Shown here: positions 45,201 through 52,428 of the stretch, piece by piece | Position numbering within the stretch: the stretch's first letter is position 1 | How the letters are laid out: each line of letters opens with the position of its first letter | Source of the DNA: a virus | Lineage: Duplodnaviria > Caudoviricetes | IMG/VR virus record: IMGVR_UViG_3300044691_000243 | Location: 1-62,643 of that record | Length of the DNA stretch: 62,643 bases | Strand: one strand, 5' to 3' | The notes under the pieces: model-generated | Seen by the model: the letters and a program-made list of their open reading frames with translations, nothing else | What the model was told of the DNA's origin: nothing | The model's database searches: none | Position numbers and translations under genes: made by a program

Positions 45201-47485
45201 GCGATGTCGGCATCTATACGATTACCGCCACGGTAATTTTGCACGTCTTCGTCGCTGCCGCGCAGAAGTCGCTCGGCCTCACGGAATTTCTTGATCTGTC
45301 CTGGTGCCCGCTTGTAGAGGAGGTTTTTTGCTTCACGCGCAAGTAGCCACTCCTTTGGTTTGAAAGTCGGCACCCAGGCGCTGTGCCCCGCCTCCCCCGG
45401 TGCGTATCCCGTTGGGTATGAGTGTCCCTTAATACGGTCTAAAAGGGCGCCGTTGGTCTCTTCTCCAGCGGGAGGGGCGCTTTTCTTGAACCAGTCCGTG
45501 ATCGCTTGGTGGACCTTGGTGCGTTCGGCGGCCTTGGCCTTGGTGTTGGCCGTGACGGGCTCGCCATTCTCCATCGTGAGGCCTTCAACCGGATATCCGC
45601 CTTTCACACCATAATTGCGGTTGCGCAGTTTGGCGGTTGCAGCAGCGACCTGCTCGTCCGGCAGCGCCGCAATCTTATCGGCCTCCGCACCACGGCCAGT
45701 GTCGCGCAATTTCTGCAGGAAGTCCTGTACCGGCTTGCGGTCGAGAGCACGCGCCTTCTTCTGGGGGACCGGGGCGCCATATGGCTTCTTCTTGGAAGCG
45801 CCCTTCAGCCACTGCGTCAACTCGTCGGGGGACACTTCAGTGATGTCGTGCAGACGCGCTAGGCCCTTCTCGTCGGAGAACGCCTTCAGATAGGTGTCAC
45901 GAGCGTCGTCTAGGTCCTTGGCGTTAGCCATGACTTTGTGTTCATCGAACTTGCCAGTGTCAGGGTTACGCTGGTCGACGATGAAGTTCTTGTCGCCGTT
46001 GCGAAGATTATAGACATCAACGTGATCCTTGTCGGCGCCGACGGTCTTTCGGAAGTAGCCGTAGTCAGCGGGCAGGGTGCTGCTCCATGGCTTGCCTTCG
46101 GCATCGGTGCCAGTGCGCTCCGATCCCTTCATGTTCTCGTAGGCAACCTCATGATCGAACAGGCGCTCGCGCGCTTTCTCGTAATTCCCTGCTTCCTTCT
46201 GACCCTCGGTCGGGTTCGGATTGGTCTTGCCCTTGAGCCGGTTCATCACCTCGTCGAGCTTCGGCGGCACCTCGCGCTGAGGCATCGGCGTGGCTTCGTT
46301 CTCGCCAACGGCGACGGGCTCGCCGGTCTTGGGGAAGCCCGCGTCGACTACTGGTTCAGGAGGAGCGGGTGCGCGCGGTTTCAGGCCAAGCGTCGGCTTC
46401 GCAGCGTTAGGGGCGGCCGGCTGCGGTGGAGAAGGCGCTGCCTGGGGAGCTGTCGCAGGTTCTGGCGCCGGCGGATTTGCCGCTTCCATTGCCGCGGCGG
46501 TCGCCGGGTCCATCTGCCCCTGTGTGAGCATATCACCCTGGGAAGGCTCGTAGTTCGCCTGCGCTATCTCGCGCGCTTCTGCCTCGGTGAGGCTTTCTTC
46601 GTGTGCAAATTGCCGCATGGCCTCGGGATCAGATAGCGCCTCGGCATAGCGGGCTTGTTCGGCCGGTGAATTGTATTTGGCATAGACGCGCGAGGAGCGC
46701 ACGCCCGTCGGATTATCCTGAGCACGGCCAATAGTACCCTGGTCGGTTTCTGGCGGCGGCTCAGCAAGGGAAGTCCCTTCTACCGCGGTCATGGGGGTAG
46801 GGTCGTCGACATCGGCGTGCGCCCGCTCTGCAGCGGGGTTGGTGGGCATATTCGGGCGGCCTGGGACCATCCGCTCGGCTGCACCATGAACGGCGCGTGT
46901 CGCGCGATTGCCACCCGGAAACACACCGCCGAACACCATATCAGCGCCGACGCGCTTGGGATCAATACCTTGCCCGGAAGCAGCCTGTTGACCGACGCTG
47001 AATGCGCCCATAACACCGGCATTGACGCCGCGCTGGGCAAGCGTCCCGGCCGGATTACCGACAAACGGAACTAGTTCACCAGCCCAATCGGCGACCGGGT
47101 GCGCTTCGGCGTTGGCTTCCAGCTGGGGACGATCGTCGATCCCTGGGATGAAATCTTTGGCCACGTCCTGGGCTTTGCTTGCAGCGTAGCCTCCGGCGAG
47201 CGCACCAACGGCACCAGCGGCAAGAGAGCCGATCGGTCCCAGCGGGGCGCCATATAGCGCCGCGGCTCCAGCACCGGCCAGCGCGCCGCCGGCCACAGCA
47301 CCTGCCGCGGGGACTATAGCGCTTGCGGTCCTTCTGGCGAACGTCGCGGGGGCACCTTCAGGCGCCGGCTTGTCCGCTAAATACGCATCGGGATTGAAGT
47401 CAGCCAGATACGCGTCCGGATCAAACGAACCACCCGCCGGTTCCGGCGAGCTCGCCAGATACGCGTCTGGGTCGAAGTCGCCCAT
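42236..47485 (-). CDS. Large internal virion/ejection polyvalent protein with inorganic-pyrophosphatase-like (InPase) domain
   Basis: 1749 aa; PTEGQKEAGNY..ENMKGSER.G.D..GKPW...DYGY...GADKDHVDV..FDEHKVM; helical C-terminal region; position after other internal proteins. Confidence 0.75.
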   Translation of the reverse strand: MGDFDPDAYLASSPEPAGGSFDPDAYLADFNPDAYLADKPAPEGAPATFARRTASAIVPAAGAVAGGALAGAGAAALYGAPLGPIGSLAAGAVGALAGGYAASKAQDVAKDFIPGIDDRPQLEANAEAHPVADWAGELVPFVGNPAGTLAQRGVNAGVMGAFSVGQQAASGQGIDPKRVGADMVFGGVFPGGNRATRAVHGAAERMVPGRPNMPTNPAAERAHADVDDPTPMTAVEGTSLAEPPPETDQGTIGRAQDNPTGVRSSRVYAKYNSPAEQARYAEALSDPEAMRQFAHEESLTEAEAREIAQANYEPSQGDMLTQGQMDPATAAAMEAANPPAPEPATAPQAAPSPPQPAAPNAAKPTLGLKPRAPAPPEPVVDAGFPKTGEPVAVGENEATPMPQREVPPKLDEVMNRLKGKTNPNPTEGQKEAGNYEKARERLFDHEVAYENMKGSERTGTDAEGKPWSSTLPADYGYFRKTVGADKDHVDVYNLRNGDKNFIVDQRNPDTGKFDEHKVMANAKDLDDARDTYLKAFSDEKGLARLHDITEVSPDELTQWLKGASKKKPYGAPVPQKKARALDRKPVQDFLQKLRDTGRGAEADKIAALPDEQVAAATAKLRNRNYGVKGGYPVEGLTMENGEPVTANTKAKAAERTKVHQAITDWFKKSAPPAGEETNGALLDRIKGHSYPTGYAPGEAGHSAWVPTFKPKEWLLAREAKNLLYKRAPGQIKKFREAERLLRGSDEDVQNYRGGNRIDADIANSKRSGDKAVGVAENQRANEGGLNTEEDKMAEYLDTKRAPGFDVPNEEAEDMVEPTPVKSREDLKVLPRKTVDASDTSLTKIDTNKISKDEIAKLKERRARAEASKARAKAAAGERPKVEANIPSEERKTNELKKPSIDISDPARLKELIEASNKAAQKKLGMEARSEGERDLEGESVRRRGNLVDLARDMSNHFLTDERASMDVGKIKKDFNRLMQGSYKTLQKLDPTRLVDNMKKTEHGSFHAKNTWLPREDYVRSLDEKLYRVGKVDENYFSAILNKAQKEWKGLDSAAGERIFRARDADSASVDLPGKQAGKTNVESLPPEMKALYDKHLDPVFSNNDQFKNAIRAIDKDKIGPDVPHHVAHIMNGDTSEFNMLREKDDPLEQGHYRGLSTHASAAEERKYVALDRNADRQRFIVEPTDKGYDLWENGKVSHIRDPDFKFEDGKQFTVTAKNGKKIDYTMHQAMAEEKEKNVLIDEKAPKYFKDARFAALVTNAQLGSMARHMAYFNELKNSKKFEDWTTTNKMDKRVTEKGWATTNMPNMDGIYMHPDLKALFDDFAGNPQNTYQKLNAEVTKLIFLSPTAHFFNVLGHFVASRGWDNLSIPKNMAILHDLPFALQSVLRRDRYQRKMNLNGSGTVYGKLITKDMPGQLAKAFGLEIERDPSTWGPIADKLGVPLLDLKNSLYRHSSEAMWAGSDMLMTLRVRELQRKGMPMQEAVINAERDIPNYRTWIKIMGNRFLAEKFFNSAAFAFSRYHSGMIRAYANLVSDMLGKSATAGDRVEAVGKLMAIGLMGMVAYPLMDKLWQKVTGNPNAEASRRGPNTIPSHIAGALNGEEDIMSPVRAAATVSPLLTAGAETFYNRDWRGKDIVKPGDVREGARGHVAGIARAVGEGAEHLARGLVAPYNMYANTAMKAPPGDKGVVGQAKILGRTLRDQTLDIKDVSDKSAKYKRMVPIKTHRDVTQDYKKGGGGPFGGLINSVFGR

Positions 47486-49011
47486 TACTGTGCACCGAGC
47501 TTTTGCATAATTTGCGCGGCGCGCGGGTCATTCGGGTTCGCTTTAGCCCAAGCTGCGGCCTGCTGGTCGTGATCAGATAGCTGCTTGGCGGGCGCCGCCT
47601 GGGCAGGAGCACGCTGTTGGGGCGCCGGAGCTTGTTGTGGCTCTGGTGTGGCCGAAATGATCTGATCCCACATCTTCTGCTGCATCGGGTTCAGGGTGCC
47701 GCCGGTAGCGAGTATCGTGCCGAGAGCCTTCTCCTGCAGCGTGCGCTGGTTACGGGTTCCGATGGCTTCCTGCTGCTGGATATGGGACTGGAGAGCACTT
47801 TTTGCGGCCTCGATGCGGGCTTTGCTAAACGTAGCCGCCGCATTTTCGCGGTGCTTGCCCGTAATATCAGCCGCACCCTCCCGGTGCGTACCGGTCGTAT
47901 CGGCGGCCTGAACCTTGAACGTGCCGCGTTTCTCTTCGACGTCGAGCTTGTTCTGGCGTTCGAGTTCTTTCTCCTCCTGCGCTGCCATCCACTGCTGGCG
48001 CTGGGCATTTTGAGTGATGCCCGGGAAGACTTTCATCGCACGTTGTTCGAGCTCATCACCGTAGCCAGTCTTGTCCTCAGGCGGCGGCTGCTGTTCATCG
48101 CTCCCTGACAGGTTCAAGGTCGATGGCGTCTTGCCGAAATTGGTCTTAGGTTGTGGTTCAGGCAGGACGACGGAGCCCGCCGGCGGACCCTTGTCAGGTA
48201 CGCCAGTGACTTTGGACATCGTAGATTGTGAGAGCCGCTGTAGCGTTGCAGGGACGCTGGCTTGTTGGAGTTTATCCCATTGGCCGTCATTGCCGACGTC
48301 CAGGTATTGTTTGAATTGCTCAGGTGTCAGCTGGATTTGTTGCGGCTGTGCCGTCCCCGGCATTGTCACCGTGGCGGTAACACCGTTCTGAGAGCGACTA
48401 AATCTTACGTTGGACCCATCGGGAATATGCTGTTCGGCCTGGTTCGCGGCATCGATCGCGGCGTTGATATCGGCGGGTTTTTGCGCGGAACCAGTAAGGG
48501 CGGCGTAGGCAAACGACTGCTTAGCCATGAAGGCTTTGCGGTGTGCCTGTAACAATTGCCATTGCTTGGCGACGTCACCAGCTTGGTCGATACCGACAAG
48601 ATTGCGGTCTCCCGGTGCCATCTGCCCTTGAGGGTCAACTTGCTGGCCTACCTGATCGATCGCCTGGAGGGGAGCGGCGTCGGCACCCAGCAGATAGCTG
48701 ACGATGCGCTTCATGTTCCCCGGGACGTCCGCGGGATTTAGATTAGGCGTAAAATGCTGCTGACCACTTGCACCGCCCTGTGGCGAGGCTGGCATGACTG
48801 GCGCGGCTCCGGAGTTATCTTCGCCGGGGATCGCGCCTCCGATCACCGGTGCAGCTCCGGAATTATCCTCTTGCACGCTCTGGTCGCCGGTATCGATCGC
48901 GCCTTCGTTATCAGTGTCCTGATTGCCTCCGGCGTAAGGGCGCCCGTATTGCGACGCGTCGGCGGGACCGCGGCCGGCCTCGATGTCTGTTTGAATGGCG
49001 GCTTGCATCAC
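47485..49011 (-). CDS. Putative internal virion (ejection) protein
   Basis: 508 aa Gln/Ala-rich, coupled to large ejection protein. Confidence 0.6.
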   Translation of the reverse strand: MMQAAIQTDIEAGRGPADASQYGRPYAGGNQDTDNEGAIDTGDQSVQEDNSGAAPVIGGAIPGEDNSGAAPVMPASPQGGASGQQHFTPNLNPADVPGNMKRIVSYLLGADAAPLQAIDQVGQQVDPQGQMAPGDRNLVGIDQAGDVAKQWQLLQAHRKAFMAKQSFAYAALTGSAQKPADINAAIDAANQAEQHIPDGSNVRFSRSQNGVTATVTMPGTAQPQQIQLTPEQFKQYLDVGNDGQWDKLQQASVPATLQRLSQSTMSKVTGVPDKGPPAGSVVLPEPQPKTNFGKTPSTLNLSGSDEQQPPPEDKTGYGDELEQRAMKVFPGITQNAQRQQWMAAQEEKELERQNKLDVEEKRGTFKVQAADTTGTHREGAADITGKHRENAAATFSKARIEAAKSALQSHIQQQEAIGTRNQRTLQEKALGTILATGGTLNPMQQKMWDQIISATPEPQQAPAPQQRAPAQAAPAKQLSDHDQQAAAWAKANPNDPRAAQIMQKLGAQ

Positions 49012-49748
49012 GCTGTCTCCTCGGTGTCGATCGCCTGCTGACTGCTGGCGCTGCCATCTCCGCCGTCACCGCTTGCTAGGGGCCGCGATTGCCGCTTTCC
49101 GAACGGGTTGTCTGTCGGCGGTAGTGGTCCCGGCGATGGCTGCATGGGCGGTATCCCACTGTCAGACGGAGTGCCCGGCCGTGACGGCATAGCATCGGCT
49201 CTCTTACCGAACGGGTTCGATGTCGGCGGGAGCGGGCCCGGCATTGGCTGCACGGGAGGAGCGCCACTCTCCGACTGGTTGCCCGGTCGAGCTGGCATAC
49301 GCCCGTTCTGGTAGCCGGCGTCTGCAGTCTGGATGCCGCCGCCTTCGTTGTCTCCACCGCCAAGCCCGTAAAGTTTCCGGCCATATGCCAAGACGCCATC
49401 AACGGTGCTGAGCGCTTTTTGGATCGCGTCCTGCTGCGGGGAGCCGCTGCTGTCGCCGCCGTCGCCAACGTCGCCGCCGTCTTCGAACGAGAGACCATAG
49501 GCCTGTTGATATGCACCGAGATTGGCCGGGTTCATCGCGAAGCCGCCGCCCGCATAGGACGTTGGCTTCTGCGCGGATGCTTGCTCATATGCCGCGGTGT
49601 TGGATGGATCAGTCCCATAGGACGGACTACCCAACTGGCCGCTCCACCCGCCTTCTGTCGTCGTGGCCGGAGTGCCGGGAGCGGCGGGGACACCGGCCGG
49701 CTGGCCGGCACCGAACGCACCGTCGGTTGAAAAATCACGCGGGGCCAT
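49008..49748 (-). CDS. Gly/Pro-rich putative internal virion protein
   Basis: Duplicated MP.RPG..S.SG.PP.QP.PGPLPPT.NPFGKR; YAGGG/FEDGG motifs. Confidence 0.6.
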   Translation of the reverse strand: MAPRDFSTDGAFGAGQPAGVPAAPGTPATTTEGGWSGQLGSPSYGTDPSNTAAYEQASAQKPTSYAGGGFAMNPANLGAYQQAYGLSFEDGGDVGDGGDSSGSPQQDAIQKALSTVDGVLAYGRKLYGLGGGDNEGGGIQTADAGYQNGRMPARPGNQSESGAPPVQPMPGPLPPTSNPFGKRADAMPSRPGTPSDSGIPPMQPSPGPLPPTDNPFGKRQSRPLASGDGGDGSASSQQAIDTEETA

Positions 49749-49751
49749 GGC

Positions 49752-51437
49752 TTACCTCATCGTATTAGGTTGGCGCGTGGGCGCCGCGGGCTGCGGCTTC
49801 GCCGGCGCCATCACGCGCTTCTTCCGCGATTGGTCGATCAGGTTCTGGAAGAACTCCTGGCCCTTCCAGAGCGCGACATCCTGCGGGATGACGAACTCGT
49901 GTGCGTTCAAATTCATGTGCTGTCCGCGGGGACCCTGCGCCTGGACGTCGTCGACCCGCTGGCCGCCGGACGGGCTCATCGCGGCAGGGACGGGTCCGCC
50001 GGCTGCGAAGCCAGTGTCTCCGTAGGACGACATGTCAGTCCCACTGCCACCAGCGAACGGATCGCTATAAGATTGATCTGAGCCGCTACCCCAGATACCG
50101 GGATCGCTTGACATTTGAGGCGTCGGGTCTTGCCAGTTGCTGGTATCGTATGAAGTACCCGTAGTGGAGTTCGAGCTCGGATTAAACGAATTCGCATAAG
50201 GGTCGTAATTAAACGCGCCAAGGCCGCTCTGGTCGGAGCCGTTGCCGAAGCCACTGCCACCGCTGAACTGGTCGCCAGTGTACGACTGGGTATCCTGGCC
50301 GCCAAAGACGTTCGGGTCTGCGGTATTGCCGTTGCCCCAGTCCTGGCCATAGCTATTGCCAAACGCACCAGCGCCCTGGTCCGTGCCGCTGCCGTAGGAT
50401 GCAAACGGGTCGGTGGTCTGCTCGCCAACCGAGCCCATGCCGGTGTCGAAGCCGGCAAAGGGATCGGCGTTGTAAGCCGCTGCGTCGGGTTGGCCATACG
50501 GCGGCACATTCATAATGTGCGATCCGGGCTGTGCACCGCCACGTGCGGCATAGCCAGTGCCTTCGACGCCACCACCGCCATGCTGCGGCATCCACGCCGG
50601 GCCACCGCCGCCACCACCGCCCTGATTGCCGCCACCGCCATTACCGCCGCCACCACCGCCCCCCGACTTGTCGGGGGAGGACGAACTGCCGCTGCTGTGC
50701 GACTGAGATTGCCCCTGGCTACCGGAGAACGGCAGTTTAACGCCCATCGCCGTCTGGAGATACTTGTCTGGAAGCGACATCAGGTTCGCGCCGGTGTTCG
50801 CGTTCGCGAGCGTCGCGTTGGTCGCGCCGGTGTTCGCCTGGATCGCCGTGTTGTTGACGTTCGCAATGGCAGCGGGAAGCGTAGCGCCAACCTGCACGGC
50901 CTCGCTGCGGAGCTTCTGGCCAGTTGCGATGTCGGCGTTGCGCTGAGTATTTTCTGCGCCCGCCACATTGGCGGCGTTCTGCACAGCAGCTGCCTTGTCC
51001 AAGGCAGCATAACGGCCAGAAGATGGGTCGATCCCGTATGACTGCAGCTGCTGCTCGCTGTTCTTCAGCGCCTGGTCACCCGCCTGAGCCTGGGTGGCGC
51101 CAGCCTGGCCCATGTCAACGGCCATCCGCTGCGGCGACGCATACGAGTTGGCGTCCGCGACGAGCTGCGCGTTCTCCGGAGCAAACAGATTATTGTACTG
51201 CCCGGTTAGCGTATTTGATAACCCCAGCATCTGTTGGGAGACGTTGAAGAAATTCCCCACCGCCTGATTGGTGATCTGGGACGTCTGCTGGAAGACACCT
51301 TGCGCCCAGCTATACATCTGGTTGGCCAGCCCGGATGCGACGCCAGAAATCTGGTCTATAATCTGGTTTTCGGGGGTCTCGACGGGTGCCGTCGTCGACG
51401 TGGAGTTGCTGTTACTGGAGTTGCTGGACATCGACAT
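49752..51437 (-). CDS. Putative internal virion (pilot/ejection) protein
   Basis: GIDPSSGRY motif, Ala/Gln helices, low-complexity middle, C-terminal FAAGGPV...DDV...EFVIP domain. Confidence 0.65.
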   Translation of the reverse strand: MSMSSNSSNSNSTSTTAPVETPENQIIDQISGVASGLANQMYSWAQGVFQQTSQITNQAVGNFFNVSQQMLGLSNTLTGQYNNLFAPENAQLVADANSYASPQRMAVDMGQAGATQAQAGDQALKNSEQQLQSYGIDPSSGRYAALDKAAAVQNAANVAGAENTQRNADIATGQKLRSEAVQVGATLPAAIANVNNTAIQANTGATNATLANANTGANLMSLPDKYLQTAMGVKLPFSGSQGQSQSHSSGSSSSPDKSGGGGGGGNGGGGNQGGGGGGGPAWMPQHGGGGVEGTGYAARGGAQPGSHIMNVPPYGQPDAAAYNADPFAGFDTGMGSVGEQTTDPFASYGSGTDQGAGAFGNSYGQDWGNGNTADPNVFGGQDTQSYTGDQFSGGSGFGNGSDQSGLGAFNYDPYANSFNPSSNSTTGTSYDTSNWQDPTPQMSSDPGIWGSGSDQSYSDPFAGGSGTDMSSYGDTGFAAGGPVPAAMSPSGGQRVDDVQAQGPRGQHMNLNAHEFVIPQDVALWKGQEFFQNLIDQSRKKRVMAPAKPQPAAPTRQPNTMR

Positions 51438-51483
51438 AGGTCAGGCCCCTTAAAATGGCCCTTCCACGCCTAGCAGTGGGTAC

Positions 51484-51499
51484 TTAAGTGGTGGTTAAC
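51484..51499. promoter_or_regulatory. CtrA-type box TTAA-N7-TTAAC
   Basis: TTAAGTGGTGGTTAAC, perfect, about 47 bp upstream of ejection-protein operon. Confidence 0.6.
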
Positions 51500-51502
51500 C
51501 CC

Positions 51503-52060
51503 CTAGAACGGCCCGGTCACCTGCAAGGTGGAGGGGTTTACCGAGAAGTTGAATGTACCGTTACCAGACAGGCTTAGTGCTTGCTGGCTACTGAAGAGCG
51601 GGATCGGGGTAACCAGCCCTGCTTTCATACCTGAGCTCTTAATGGTGCCAATCTTGATTAGAGTATTAGAGTGAACCGTGCCAGACCGAGTTATGGATAC
51701 TCGCACCCCGAACACAGACGTCGGGAAAAATTTGTCGAGCTTTAGGTATACCTGGGAGTTGTTCGGTCCGCTTTTGGTCCCAAAACCCGTCACAGGTGCA
51801 CCTGCACCAGTGATAAGTCTGTGCGACAAATCAGACGCCGTAACTGTGTGGGGGTCCGATGGGAAGCTACCAGGCGCCGGAATAAGGTTAAACCCGGGCG
51901 TACCTCCAGCTTGGTTAGGGAAGTCAACCTTCACCGTGTTCGTGACACCCGCGGCGAAGGGCACACTAGTAGACACATTTAGCCAGTTGTTGCCAAAATG
52001 CACGTCCGTGATCTTATGGAAAAAATCGAGACCGTATGGTTTATCGGTCATCGGCTCCAC
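51503..52060 (-). CDS. Hypothetical virion protein (beta-rich)
   Basis: 185 aa, in tail operon. Confidence 0.6.
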   Translation of the reverse strand: MEPMTDKPYGLDFFHKITDVHFGNNWLNVSTSVPFAAGVTNTVKVDFPNQAGGTPGFNLIPAPGSFPSDPHTVTASDLSHRLITGAGAPVTGFGTKSGPNNSQVYLKLDKFFPTSVFGVRVSITRSGTVHSNTLIKIGTIKSSGMKAGLVTPIPLFSSQQALSLSGNGTFNFSVNPSTLQVTGPF

Positions 52061-52428
52061 TTCCAGGTTTGGCCAGTATCTTTGTTGGCCATCGTGAGCG
52101 AGTTGATCTGCTTCACCTCGACGAAGTTGCCAGTGCTCGGATCGTTGTTCTGGTAAATCTTCACCGTGTCCTCGACACGGCTCTGCTCTGTCCAGGTGCC
52201 TTTTGCGCTGCTGTTACTGCCGTTCTGACCTGCGGCGCCGCGCGCCCCCCGCGGGCCCTGCGCAAGCTGGCCAGTCAGGATCATGATGACCTGTCGCATA
52301 GCGTTCACTGTGCGATAAAGCGACTGCACGTCTGCTGTCGCCGGCGGGATCGCAGGCAGGTTCGTAGGCCCGGGCTGACCGATCGGCTCTACTGGTGCGA
52401 TGTGACAGACTGGTCCTACACTGCTCAT
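52048..52428 (-). CDS. Hypothetical tail protein
   Basis: LPAIP..AMRQVI..LTGQ plus short collagen stretch; ATGA coupling. Confidence 0.65.
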   Translation of the reverse strand: MSSVGPVCHIAPVEPIGQPGPTNLPAIPPATADVQSLYRTVNAMRQVIMILTGQLAQGPRGARGAAGQNGSNSSAKGTWTEQSRVEDTVKIYQNNDPSTGNFVEVKQINSLTMANKDTGQTWKWSR

